DNA of 64,000 bases from Octopus sinensis (lineage: Eukaryota). Made by a program: the position numbers and the translations under genes. The stretch is from the NCBI RefSeq assembly GCF_006345805.1, contig NC_043014.1, forward strand, positions 43,090,001-43,154,000, read 5' to 3'. This document shows positions 12,682 to 24,937 of the stretch, piece by piece; positions within the stretch are counted from its first letter, which is position 1, and each line of letters begins with the position of its first letter. The notes beneath the pieces are model-generated. The model was not told where the DNA came from, searched no databases, and was given only the letters and a program-made list of their open reading frames with translations.

Positions 12682-12850
12682 GTATATATATATATATATA
12701 CATATATTATACATATATATATATACACTATGTATATATATATCATATATATTATTATATATATATATATACCACTATATACATGTATATAAGCTCTGTA
12801 TTACGTGTGTGGGTCCTGTGTGTGTCTGTGTGTGCGTATGTCTATGTGTG
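11800..12850. repeat. Compound microsatellites (TA, CA, GATA, GAT, GAG)
   Basis: Direct inspection; this is the source of the Ile/Tyr/Met-rich pseudo-ORFs. Confidence 0.95.
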
Positions 12851-13059
12851 TGTATTTAATATAAGCCAACCTACATAAACTCCAAAGTTCATTTGTAAAC
12901 TGACATAGAACATCGCTGTCATTGTTGCAGTCATCATGGCCATCATGATCACCGTTGTCATGGTTCATGTCAGCATCTTTGGCAGTACCAGTGGCAGCTG
13001 CAGTACCAGCACCAGTATGACAGGTGTCATTACCAGGACCAAAAGTTGCAGTGGCAGTA

Positions 13060-13111
13060 GCAGCATCATTGTAATCATCACCATCATCATCATCATCATG
13101 CTCATCATCAT

Positions 13112-13149
<38 letters not shown>

Positions 13150-13820
13150 ACATCATCATCATCAACATCATCATCATCAACATCATCATCATTATAACCA
13201 TCATCGTCATCATCATCATCATCATCATCATCATCAACATCATCATCATTATCACCATCATCTCATCATCATCATCATTCATCATCACATCATCAACATC
13301 ATCATCATTATCACCATCATCGTCCATCTCATCATCATCATCATCATCATCAACATCATCAGCATCAACATCATCTCATTATAAACCATCATCATCATCA
13401 AACATCATCATCATCACATCATCATCATCAACAACATCACATCATCATCATCACAACATCATCATCTCATCATCATCATCATCAACATCACATCATCATC
13501 ATCAACATCATCATCATCAACATCATCATCATTATAACCATCATCATCATCAACATCAACAACATCATCAACATCATCATCATTATCACCATCATCGTCA
13601 TCATCATCATCATCATCATCATCATCAACATCATCATCATCAACATCATCATCATTATAACCATCATCATCATCAACATCAACAACATCATCATCATCAT
13701 CCTCATTATCATCATCATCAACATCATCATCATTATCACCATCATCATCATCAACAACATCATCATCATCATCATCATCATCATCATTATCAACATCATC
13801 ATCACCATCATCACCAGTCA
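13060..13820. repeat. (ATC)n-based degenerate trinucleotide array
   Basis: Direct inspection; contains an internal ~65-bp higher-order duplication near 13503 and 13626. Confidence 0.95.
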
Positions 13821-13984
13821 GTGCGTGTTTGTGTGTGTGTGCATGTGTGTGTGTATCAGAAAGAGGGAAAGAGAAAAAGAAAGAGAGAGAGAAAAAGAGT
13901 GAGTATGTATGAGAGAGAGATAATGATGTGTTGCGGGGGGGGGCATGTAAACACATCAAGCCAAATGAAATCATAGTCATGGCA

Positions 13985-14189
13985 GATACCAGTGTCAATC
14001 AACTAGTGCCCATGCTGGTGGCATGTAAAAGGATCCATTACACTCTTGGAGTGGTTGGCATTAGGAAGGGCATCCAACCATAAAACCCATGCCAAATCAG
14101 TCTGGAATCTGGAGTCTGGTGCAGTTCCTCAGCTTACCAGCCCTGGTCAAACCATGCCACGTTGGGCAACAAATGTTAAATGATGATGT

Positions 14190-14223
<34 letters not shown>

Positions 14224-14225
14224 AT
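13985..14225 (+). mobile_element. RTE 3'-end fragment with (GAT)n tail
   Basis: 'ggagtggttggcattaggaagggcatcc..gttaaatgatgat' matches the 3' end of 5431-7285. Confidence 0.8.
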
Positions 14226-14414
14226 GTTAAAGACTAGGAAAGCAAATAACATCATCAATATCTTAAAGCTTCATTTTAAACTTCTACAGCTGTTTCAATA
14301 ACAATATGAATGTATTCCACTACACAATTATCAATTCTATTGCTGGCCCTGAACATTTACAAATGTATATGTTAAATAGTAACATAGTTAATAATGAGCA
14401 TTCTAATAAGGATA

Positions 14415-14800
14415 AAATATTTGAGTGTAACTGTAGGGTATCAGATAATTTCCTTTTAAAGGGAAATTGTAATCATATTAATTTAGTTCAGAATTCATAT
14501 ACTTATTATATATGTACTACTACAAATTTTAAAACAAAGTTTTATTTGCACTGTAATTCATTTTCTAATAAGAAACTTGAGAACTAGCTCTCTCAAAAAA
14601 GTATTTTGTCATAAATTTAAGGGTATAAGTTATAAGAGTGCAGAGTTATAACATAGAACGCTCCATGTTAAATTCTGCTCCACAGCACAAAAGTGATAAA
14701 AAAAAGATTGTCTTCTTTGTACAAGAGAATTGCTAGACTTATTAAAAGGTGACCTAACGTTATTAATAAAGGAAAACGGAATCTAATTATTATTTACTGC
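14415..14800 (+). mobile_element. Penelope-like element GIY-YIG endonuclease remnant, with stops and frameshifts
   Basis: CNCRVSDNFLLKGNC..LVQNSYTYYICTTTNFKTKFYLHCNSFSNKKLEN*LS ... KKDCLLCTRELLDLLKGDLTFINKGKRNLIIIYCR follows the PLE pattern CNCR..CPL.G.C..Y..YIG.T..FK.R..H..SF....S.LS...C.LC..E...LLNKR.EL..CRH. Confidence 0.75.
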
Positions 14801-14979
14801 AGATTAAGCCTTTTGATACCAACCAGCCCCTTCATTCAAGGATCCAAACCTCCTGTTTTAAGGAAATCAGACATAGAGAGGGTATGTTATTGATGAGATC
14901 ACAAAAGGCAGCAAAAAGATTCTGACTGACAACTGAATGATTGCTTAACCAAGTGGTTGAACATGCAATCAATCAGTTG

Positions 14980-15249
14980 AGCTTTGATTGTTGAAGCAAA
15001 TTTGTCATACCTTGGGAGGGTCATTTTGCCAATAATGAACACATGCATTGTTTCAATTTCACTTCTTTATTATTAGTCAACTGCTTAGTTATTTAACCAA
15101 CCAACTAATTAATCGCATGCTAAGTCATTTGGTTAAATAACTAACCAATTGACTCATAATAAAGAAGTGAAATTGAGCCACGCATGTGTTTATTACTGGC
15201 AAAATGACCCTCCCAAAGTATAACAAAATTTGATTCAGCACATAAAGTT
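14980..15249. repeat. Foldback/MITE-like inverted repeat, ~115-bp diverged arms
   Basis: ttgggagggtcattttgccaataatgaacacatgc..tttcacttctttattat..gtcaa..ttagttatttaaccaa pairs with ttggttaaataactaa..ttgac..ataataaagaagtgaaa..gcatgtgtttattactggcaaaatgaccctcccaa. Confidence 0.85.
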
Positions 15250-15528
15250 CAGATCAGGAACCTTGCAAACCAAATGCAAAAACAAAAGAAATTAAAAACC
15301 TTCCATCAAAATATTCCATGTTAAGTACCACATCCCAGCTTAATAATGCTTAAGTTATTCTCCTAGATTCTCTCATTTATTTTCAAAACTAATTGAAACA
15401 GAAGCAAAATATTTCATCTGAAAGACGGTAACAAAAGAGTTGAAAGACATCAAGTCGGTGAATCTTTTAAAAAAAATTATTCAATACAAAATTTAAAAAA
15501 AAACATAGGATTAAACAGAAAAGAAGAA

Positions 15529-15580
<52 letters not shown>

Positions 15581-15587
15581 GTGGTGG

Positions 15588-15619
<32 letters not shown>

Positions 15620-16079
15620 TGATGATGGTGAGGATGACGATGACGATGATAATGATGATGATGATGATAGAGGAGGAGGAGGAGGAGGAGGAGGGAAAAA
15701 TAAAAATAGCAATAAAAATACGATTAAATCTGTTGACACAGGATAAATATACAGATTATATATTTTATTGTATATTTTATTTTATCTCTATTTGTTTGTT
15801 TGTTTGTTTGTTTATTTGTTTGTTTATTCGGCTGGCTTCGTCATTGCTTCAATGTTTGATTTTTTTTTTCATTATTATTCTTTTTTAGTTTTATTTTTTG
15901 AATTTTTGAAAAAAATTTAATCTTGTAATTCTAACGGTAATTAATTCTTTTTTTTTTATTTTCTTGCATTGTTTAGCATTTTAACTTTTATTATCCACTC
16001 TAAATTTAAGCTTATTTTTTTAATTTTGTTATAGAGCATCTCACTACTTACATGTGTGTGTGTAGGGGGGGCTGTACAC

Positions 16080-16084
16080 ATTCA

Positions 16085-16118
<34 letters not shown>

Positions 16119-16157
16119 AATATATACATGTATAATATATATATTATATATAATATA

Positions 16158-16189
<32 letters not shown>

Positions 16190-16192
16190 AAT

Positions 16193-16239
<47 letters not shown>

Positions 16240-16492
16240 TATGTGTAATATATGTAATATAATATGTATGTGTATATATGTATATATATGTATGTATGTG
16301 TGTATATATATATATATACATACACACATATACATATACTTTTATATAGATAGATAGATAGATAGATGGATAGATAGATAGATAGACAGACAGAAAGACA
16401 GGCAGGCAGGCAGACAGACAGGCAGGCAGACAAGTAGGCTTGTAGGTAGGTAGAGAGATATGTAGACAGACAGACAGAGAGATAGATAGATG

Positions 16493-16533
<41 letters not shown>

Positions 16534-16535
16534 GC
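16080..16535. repeat. (TACA)n/(TA)n/(GATA)n/(GACA)n microsatellites
   Basis: Direct inspection. Confidence 0.95.
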
Positions 16536-17049
16536 CCGTGTCTTTCTGTTTGGCAGTGATTTTACCATTATTCTCAAATTCTCCTTCTAAGGAACCACCC
16601 AGTTATTAACCAATGTGACATTCATTCTTCAATTAAACTCCAGCAGTGAACCAATAAACGTGAGAGGATGGCACGAGTGGAATGTCCCAATGGCTTTGAC
16701 TGCTCCATTGTAATATATCAGTTACCTGTGTTTATTCTTCGCAGGTCGAACCTTTAAAACTGTTTCTGATAAGCCTAAGTTTACCTAAGAGTGTGTATAA
16801 TGAACGTGTACTGTTGATAGAATCCTCTCATTCAGGGAGTCACTAATAATCCCAGTTTTTGTTGTTGTTGCTTTTCGTTTTCTTAATTAAGGACTCAGGT
16901 GTGTTGAAATTCGCATTTTTATGCGTTTTATATCAGAGTTTTATTTTCCCTCTATTCCAGAAAATTAACAATCTTGTCTTTATCTTCCGTTTCATTGCAG
17001 GTTTATTGCAACATTAAGTTTGTCTCAATATTCCTTAATTCTGGGAACA

Positions 17050-17265
17050 AATATGTGTGTGTGTGTTTGTGTGTGTCAGTGTGTGTGTGTGTGTGTCAGT
17101 GTGTGTGTGTTTGTGTGTGTGTGACCGTTTGTGTGTTTGTGTGTGTACATGTGTGTATGTCAGTGTGTGTGTTTGTCTGTGTACATGTGTGTGTACATGT
17201 GTGTGTACATGTGTGTATGTCAGTGTGTGTGTGTGCTTGTATATGTGTACATGTGTGTGTGTGCA

Positions 17266-17296
<31 letters not shown>

Positions 17297-17495
17297 GTTT
17301 GTGTGTGTTTTTGTGTCTGTGTATGTATGCGTGTGTTTGTGTGTGTTTTTGTGTGTCTGTGTGTGTGTGTGTGAGTGTGTGTTTGTGTGTGATTATGTGT
17401 GTGTGTCAGTGTGTGTGTCTGTGTGTATGTATCAGTGTGTGTCAGTGTGTGTTTGTGTGTGTGTGTCAGTGTGTGTGTGTGTGTGTGTGTGTGCA
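17050..17495. repeat. Degenerate (GT)n array
   Basis: Direct inspection. Confidence 0.95.
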
Positions 17496-17589
17496 TTTGC
17501 ATGTGCTCAGGGTGTCCCCAAAAATATGTGTACACACCATAACAGCTGGTAACTCATTTAATTTTCATTTCACATGCCAGTTTCAGTGT

Positions 17590-17770
17590 GACACACAGAA
17601 TGTGAAAAGGCAGGCCCTTCGTAATACCGGTACAACTCTTTATTGCCAGTTGAGCAGACTAGAGCAGTGGTAAATAAAGTGTCTTGCTCAAGGTTACGAT
17701 GCACCACCAGGAATTGAACTCAAAACCTTATGATCGTGAATTGAATACCCTAACCACTAAGCCACAAGCC
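17590..17770 (-). mobile_element. Degenerate tRNA-headed SINE 5' part
   Basis: Minus strand 'ggcttgtggcttagtggttagggtattc..gagttcaattcctgg..ccttgagcaagacacttta'. Confidence 0.65.
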
Positions 17771-17941
17771 TTCTTGGTACACATACTCACACACATATAC
17801 AGACACATGTAAAGAGCCCCTTCGGAAACCACTGAGTCATGAGCCATCACAGATATATAGGTTAAAGAACCCCTTCAGTCATGAATGACCAAGGGATTGA
17901 ACCTAGAAAGCTCCCCATCCAAGATACAAGTCCAGGCTAGC

Positions 17942-18076
17942 TTGTTTACAGAAGACCAGCAGTTGGCCATGCATACCGGCCTTCCTGGTCCATGCCACCG
18001 ATGTTATCCAAGGGAAAGGCAAAGGCCGATACAGCTTGGCACCTGTGGCGTCGCAACTCATTTCTACAGCCAAATG

Positions 18077-18107
<31 letters not shown>

Positions 18108-18113
18108 TTATAT

Positions 18114-18175
<62 letters not shown>

Positions 18176-18570
18176 CGGAGAGTTCACAAAAAAACAAAAG
18201 ACAAAGACAGGTGGTGTACAAAACAAACAGATGTATTAGTATAACGCTCAGGAATAGAAAAAGTCTTTTACATTTCGAGCCTACGCACTTCCACAGAAAG
18301 GGACGCAGAAAAAACAAGGAAAAAAACAAAGGTTTAGGTCCCCTGTAGTGATAAATAACCATGGGATTGCTCCTAGAGAGTTACCCTCCAAGGCACAATT
18401 CCAGGCAAAGTTGTTTACAGAAGACCAACAGTTGCCCATGCATACCAGTGTTCCCGGTTCATGCCACTGATGTTATCCAAGGGAACGGCAAAGGGGCCGA
18501 TACAGCTTGGCACCAGTGACGTCATGGCTCATTTCTACAGCTGAGTGGAACTGGAGCAACATGAAATAAA
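17942..18570 (-). mobile_element. Two copies of a SINE-like repeat (17942-18070 and 18355-18570)
   Basis: 'ttgtttacagaagacca.cagttg.ccatgcatacc..gttatccaaggga..gccgatacagcttggcacc..ctcatttctacagc' is present twice. Confidence 0.7.
18265..18300 (-). ncRNA. Degenerate hammerhead-like motif
   Basis: CUUU-CUGUGGA-A-GUGC[guag]GCUC-GAAAU-GUA-AAAG. The overall layout is kept, but A6 of the core is changed and stem II has a mismatch; probably inactive. Confidence 0.4.
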
Positions 18571-18785
18571 ATTTTGTAAAATAAAATTTTTTTGCTTTTT
18601 TTTTTAAAACCAGGTTCAATTTTCCAAAGTAGATCCTTAATGAATGCCAAAACTAATGACCAAGTTATTTATGTTTACTAGAAAAAGGACTTGGGGGAAG
18701 GACGGGATGAGAGTGGCTGAAAAGTGGAGATGAATGAAAAAAAAAAAAAGAAAAGTCGGATGCAGGATTCCTAACACAAACACAT

Positions 18786-18858
18786 GGCCCATCCTGGAAT
18801 CGAACTCACTAACTCATGATCATAAGCCCGACACTCTACCACCACTGAGCTATGTACC
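18786..18858 (-). mobile_element. Isolated tRNA-like SINE head (not a tRNA gene)
   Basis: ggtacatagctcagtggtggtagagtgtcgggcttatgatcatgagttagtgagttcgattccaggatgggcc has A and B boxes but a poor cloverleaf. Confidence 0.6.
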
Positions 18859-19078
18859 TTGATAGACATATGTACACTATATATGATAGACAGGTACAAC
18901 CCATCTATAAATATCAGCAAAGGTTCATAAATTGTTTTCGAAGACTTTCACCTTTGCAAGTTTAGTGGAAACACTCCCCTTCTGCAAATTGCTTTCGAGT
19001 TAAATTTGAAGTTATTGAGGAATCCTTAGGCATGACAGTTTCGAAATTATGAAATTGCTTTCATGCCCTGAAACACAA

Positions 19079-19178
19079 NNNNNNNNNNNNNNNNNNNNNN
19101 NNNNNNNNNNNNNNNNNNNNNNNNNNNNNNNNNNNNNNNNNNNNNNNNNNNNNNNNNNNNNNNNNNNNNNNNNNNNNN
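19079..19178. other. Assembly gap (100 N)
   Basis: Run of N bases adjacent to a (GT)n array. Confidence 1.
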
Positions 19179-19379
19179 GTTGTGTGTGTGTGTGTGGTGT
19201 GTGTGTGTGAGGGTATGTGTGTGGTTTGTGTGTGAGTGTGTGTGGTGGTGTGTAGTGTGAGTGTGTATGTGTGTGTGTGAGTGTGGTGGTGTGTGTGTGT
19301 GAGTGTGTATGTGTGTGTGAGTGTGTGTGTGTTGTGTGTGTGTGTGTGTGTGTGTGTGAGTGTGTATGTGTGTCCAGAA

Positions 19380-19830
19380 TCACTTTGCCTCTGTGAGGCC
19401 CAAGCCAGAAAGGTACTTTTTTTTACGTGCCACTGGCACAGGTGCCCGTTACATGAAGCCAGCATCAGCCATGACTACAATTTTCACTTGGCTTACTGGG
19501 TCTTCTCAAGCACAGCATATATCACTAAAGGGCTCGGTCACTAGTCATTGCCTCTCTGTGGATCCCAAATTTGAAGACCATGCTTCACCACCTCATCCCA
19601 TGTCTTCCTGGGCTACTACCCTCTACCACAGGATCCATTCACAGTTAGAGATCAGCACTTCTTTACACAGCTGTCCTTGTCCATGCCTATCACAGACCAA
19701 ACCACTGCAGTCGTCTCTCTTGCCTCTTGTGCCCACATCTGATGCCTCTTTTTCTCTGAAGATGCGTACACTTTGTCAAAGATGCACACCAACATTGCAC
19801 ATCAGCAGCAGGCTTGCTGAGGGTAAGAAG
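19380..19830 (-). mobile_element. Old degenerate RTE ORF2 C-terminal remnant
   Basis: Minus strand ASLLLMCNVGVH..EKRGIRCG..QERRLQWFGL with downstream 'gaagacatgggatgaggtggtgaagcatg' (KTWDEVVKH). Confidence 0.75.
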
Positions 19831-19869
19831 CTGCTTCCCAACTGCATTGTTCTGAGTTTCAGTCCCACT

Positions 19870-20200
19870 GCATGGCACCTTCAATAGTGTCTTATGCTAT
19901 AGCCTTGAGCTGACCAAAGCCTTGTGAGTTGATTTGGTTGATGGAACTGAAGAAGTCCATCATCTGTAAGTGTGTGTGTGTGTGTGTTGTGTGTGTGGTG
20001 TTTGTGTATTTGTGTCTGTATTTTGTCCCCCACCATCACTTGACAACTGATGTTGGTATGTTTATGTCCCCGTAAGTAAGCAGTTTGGCAAAAGTGAGCA
20101 ATAAAATAAGTACTAGGGGTGATTTGTTCGACTAAAACCCCTTAAGGTGGTGCTCCATCATAACCGCAATCAAATGACTGAAACAAATAAAAGAATAAAA
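19870..20200 (+). mobile_element. SINE family B, 5'-truncated; another fragment at 20575-20710 (-)
   Basis: Match to the family B body and tail. Confidence 0.75.
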
Positions 20201-21946
20201 GAATATGTGTGTGTATCTGCAGTTATGTATGTATGTATGTATGTATGTATGTATAGATAGATAGATAGATAGATAGATTTCTTTATTGGCCACGCAAGGC
20301 TAAACACAGAAGGGACAAAATACAAAGTAGAGGTTCTCTTTTTGGGAAGAAGAGAAGGGGAAAAAAGGGGGGGAACTCCGATCAAACTGGATTGTGAAAA
20401 GAAAATAAAAGGCGGGGTGAATTCCGATCAAAAGGGATCTGAAAAAAAACCATGGATGGATGGATGGACGGACTGACGGACGGATGGGTGGATGGATGGA
20501 TGGATGGATAGATAGATGCAATGTATGTATGTACATACATATGTGACAAGCTTCTTTCAGTTTCCATCTACCACATCCCCTCACAAGGGTTTTAATCAGC
20601 CAAGAGCTATAGTAGGCATCACTTTCCCAAGATACCACATAGTGGGATTGAACCTGAAGCCATGCAGTTGGGAAACAAACTTCTTATCTACATAGCCATG
20701 TCTGCACCCGTGAAGCTAATAAAAGCATAATGGAACTGATAAAAATAAGAAAAATGTTTAAAATTCGCATACTAGATGTGTTTCCTCATATCTTGAACTT
20801 TGTCCAAATTCTTGATATATTGTAGCCAAAATGTGTTTGGTCTGTTTCAGGTTCTGATAGAACAATAAAGATTTTTATTGGGGAAAACAATAAAACACCT
20901 ATAACATTCAATAAAATAACATTTATTTTATTCCTGTTTGAAAAGCATTGCTTTTCAGATCACACACTATCATTAACACATATCTTCACAGCGTCCACAC
21001 CAGCAGCCAGCTTGTAGCTTTTTAAATCTATCTACTTACCCATACAGGAGGCCTTTTTTTTCCAAAGTAGTGATATATTGAACATTTGTATCACTTCTGT
21101 ATGGTATCAGTGGTGATTACACTGGACTCACTGTAAACACTTTCAAAACCAGTTACTAATGACATCTACACTCTTGAGGTAATATCAGACCTTAAAAACC
21201 TCTTAAGGTTTAGAAGACATGCTTTTAAATTTATAGCATAATGATAGGTTCTTTATCCCCTTGTCAAAGATGATCTGAGTGACCTTTGATCAAAGACATT
21301 TCAGTTATGCCAAACCTGTCTTCTTGAGGACTAAATTCTGAAACTTGGCTTTTTTTCTTAAAATAACAGGGTGTGATTTCAAATGACATTTGACTGTTGT
21401 TTCTAGCTGATTGTGTGTAAGCATCTCATTTTCCATCTCATACATTGTGAATCTGGGACTATACTATTCAGTATGTCATTCTAGTGAGATGCTGGAATGT
21501 ACCCTAAAGCACATTTCAATGTTACTTTTAACAGAGCAAGTAGCTGTGCAAAGACATCCTTCTTCAATATCCAAAGTAATCGAACATAAACAATGAAATG
21601 GGTTATTTCCCTTGAATGTTTAAAAAAATATTGTGCAGGTGGTATGGGTTATTTCCCTTGGGTGCTTTTTTAAAAAAATTGTTATGAGGTAAATATAAGG
21701 TCCTTTCCAGGGGCTGTATTATCAATTTTTTCAACAATCTAAGTATGTCACGAGGTTTCCATACATGAGTTCTACTCGGGTGTCAAGTTTCATCAAAATT
21801 AATAAAACGATGTAGGAAGAGTTAGATAACAACACCACAAGCAACCACACATTGATTTTCCACATATGTAGTAGATATACTTGATGTCTTCATATATGAC
21901 TGGTATCTTCCAGTTTCTGTCAAGCAAATCCATTCATAAGTCTTCA

Positions 21947-22360
21947 GGCATAGGAGTGGCTGTGTGGTAAGTAGCTTGCTTACCAACCACATTGTTCCTG
22001 GTTCAGTCCCACTGTGTGGCACCTTGGGCAGGTGTCTTCTACTATAGCCTCGGGCCACCCAAAGCCTTGTGAGTGGAATTGGTAGATGGAAACTGAAAGA
22101 AGCCCATCGTATATATTTATATATATGTGTGTGTGAGTGTGTGTGTATGTTTGTGTGTCAGTGTTTGTACACCCAACATTGCCTGACAACCGATGCACGT
22201 GTGTTTATATCCCCGTAACTTAGCGGTTCGGCAAAAGAGACCGACAGAATAAGTACTAGGCTTACAAAGAATAAGTCTTGGGTTCAATTTGCTCGACTAA
22301 AGGTGGTGCTCCAGCATGGCCACAGTGAAATGAGTGAAACAAGTAAAAGAGAATAAAAGA
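21947..22360 (+). mobile_element. SINE family B, full length
   Basis: 'gcataggagtggctgtgtggtaagtagcttgcttaccaaccac..ccttgggcaggtgtcttc..(TA/TG)n..gtgctccagcatggccacag..aaacaagtaaaagag'. Confidence 0.9.
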
Positions 22361-22940
22361 GGGGTGAGGGTGGTGGGGCTGAACCCCAAACTAAGTAGTT
22401 GTCAAGCAAATTTCCTAAGCACAGAGTCATGCTGAGCCCTACATATTACGATTTGGTTTTAAGTAGATTTGGCTGCTATGTTCAGCATGTTAGGCTCACA
22501 TCATACTGACCTAGCTCACCCCTCCCACTTCATTGTTAGTTTTTGCGAAGTAATTTCAATTCACAGGATTTCTGATAAAATTTCAACTTGATATGTCACT
22601 TTACCAATTTGCAAATTTAATATTATTGTCTGTGTATTAAAACCTCCTTTGCTCCTTAATGTGAGCTCTGACCTTAAACCTTCATGGACAGATCAAAGAT
22701 TAAAACCCAAAATTTCATTATACAGATATTGGACTAATTTATCCTGTTATTGGCAAGAACAATATCATGCATGTCACGGTTGCCAATGTGTTCCAAGCTA
22801 TGATAATACATACATACATATATACATACATATATATATATATACACACACATATATATACATACACGCATACATATATATGTGCATATATATTTATGCA
22901 TATATCTATGTATGTACATATACATGTATACATGTGTGTA

Positions 22941-22976
<36 letters not shown>

Positions 22977-23031
22977 TGTATATATATATAGATATAGATA
23001 TATATATGTATGTATGTATATATATATATAT

Positions 23032-23062
<31 letters not shown>

Positions 23063-23065
23063 TAG

Positions 23066-23232
23066 GGTGAAATATAATTAATTTAATAAAATCAACAAAT
23101 ATATATATATATATATCATCATCATCATCATCATCATCATCATTTAGTGTCCGTTCTCCAAATGATGATGATGATGATGATGATGATATATATATATATT
23201 TGTTGATTTTATTAAATTAATTATATTTCACC
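23066..23232. repeat. Near-perfect inverted duplication with a 14-nt loop
   Basis: ggtgaaatataattaatttaataaaatcaacaaat(at)n(cat)n ttt-agtgtccgttctcc-aaa(tga)n(ta)n tttgttgattttattaaattaattatatttcacc. Confidence 0.9.
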
Positions 23233-23265
23233 TGTATGTATGTATGTGAAGCCGCATAGCTCAAG

Positions 23266-23414
23266 TGGTTAGAACTTAAGCTTATGATCGTGAGTTGTGA
23301 GCTTGAATCCCGGATTGGGCTGCATGTTGTGTTCTTGAGAAGACACTTTATTTCACGTTGCTCCAGTTTCACTGCGCTGTAGAAATGAGGTTGAGACATC
23401 ACAAGCCTGTTATA

Positions 23415-23445
<31 letters not shown>

Positions 23446-24179
23446 TATTATATTATATATTTTAAGCAAATGTAGAGGTAACACACGAGTAAGTAGATAA
23501 TTATGAAAAAGAAGAACGAAAAAGCACTTTTTTAAAATTAGGTACATTGAATTCTTTATATAAATACATTTTTAAAAATGTTTTTATTTTACATGTTTTG
23601 GGTTTTGAAAAGCCTTATCAAAAATATGTGCTAAAATGAAATATGTGGTTAGAACTTTAAGCTTATGATCGTGAGGTTGTGAGCTTGAATCCGGATTGGG
23701 CTGCATGTTGTGTTCTTGAGCAAGACACTTTATTCACGTTGCTCCAGTTCACTCAGCTGTAGAAATGAGTTGAGACATCACAAGCCTGTTGTATACATAC
23801 ATACATACACACCACACAACAACACACACATATATATATATATTTTAAGCATGTAGAGGTAACACACGAGTAAGTAGATAATTATGAAAAAGAAGAACGA
23901 AAAAGCAACTTTTTTTAAAATTAGGTACATTTGAATTTCTTTATATAAATACATTTTTAAAAATGTTTTTATTTTACATGTTTTGGGTTTTGAAAAGCCT
24001 TATCAAAAATATGTGCTAAAATGAAATATGTGGTTAGAACTTTAAGCTTATGATCGTGAGGTTGTGAGCTTGAATCCCGGATTGGGCTGCATGTTGTGTT
24101 CTTGAGCAAGACACTTTATTTCACGTTGCTCCAGTTCACTCAGCTGTAGAAATGAGTTGAGACATCACAAGCCTGTTGT

Positions 24180-24229
<50 letters not shown>

Positions 24230-24419
24230 TTTAAGCAAATGTAGAGGTAACACACGAGTAAGTAGATAATTATGAAAAAGAAGAACGAAAAAGCAACTTT
24301 TTTTAAAATTAGGTACATTTGAATTTCTTTATATAAATACATTTTTAAAAATGTTTTTATTTTACATGTTTTGGGTTTTGAAAAGCCTTATCAAAAATAT
24401 GTGCTAAAATGAAATATGT
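23266..24419 (+). repeat. Tandem triplication of a ~380-385-bp unit (SINE head, (CA)n, left arm of a foldback element)
   Basis: 'tggttagaact(t)taagcttatgatcgtgag' starts at ~23266, ~23646 and ~24030; copies are near-identical apart from small indels. Confidence 0.9.
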
Positions 24420-24776
24420 AGAGAAAAAAGTTATAAATAAAATTATTGAAATAAACGTTTATAGTGTACTTTCTTTTTTCCTGCAAGAGCACGTGGTAAT
24501 TTCGTTTAATTTTTGTGGCATTACCAGTGGCACTGTCTGTGATGGCAAGTTACTACTGCTCTTGCAGGAAAAAAGGAAGTACACTATGAACGTTTATTTC
24601 AATAATTTTATTAATAACTTTTTCTCTACATATTCTATTTTAGTACACATTTTAGATAAGGTTTTTCAAAAACCGAAATATGTAAAATAAAAACATTTTT
24701 TTAATGTATTTACATAAAGAAATTTAAATGTCCCTAATTTTAAAAAAGTAGCCTTTTCATTTTTCTTTTTCATAAA
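24268..24776. repeat. Large foldback element, ~225-bp arms and ~60-bp spacer
   Basis: ...gtagagaaaaaagttat..ttattgaaataaacgtt.atagtgtactt..ttttttcctgcaagagca pairs with tgctcttgcaggaaaaaa..aagtacactat.aacgtttatttcaataa..ataactttttctctac... Confidence 0.85.
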
Positions 24777-24794
24777 TATATATATATATATATG

Positions 24795-24932
24795 TTGGCA
24801 TTAGGAAGGGCATCCAGCTGTAGAAACTCTGCCAGATCAGATTGGAGTCTGGTTTGCCAGACCTCAGACAAATCGTCCAACCCATGCTAGCATGAAAAGC
24901 AGACGTTAAACAATGATGATGATGATGATGAT
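24795..24932 (+). mobile_element. RTE 3'-end fragment
   Basis: 'ttggcattaggaagggcatccagctgtag..gttaaacaatgatgat'. Confidence 0.85.
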
Positions 24933-24937
24933 ATAGT

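Noticed and set aside
12936-13998. 346-aa His/Ile/Ser-rich ORF and overlapping Asp/Met-rich ORFs
   Set aside because: These are translations of an (ATC)n array, which has no stop in most frames. The same applies to ORFs at 17.0, 29.5, 32.2, 47-48.8, 53.7 and 62 kb.
19020-19075. Minus-strand GGCAT...CGAAACTGTC-ATGCC hammerhead-like layout beside the gap
   Set aside because: The CUGANGA half of the core is absent.
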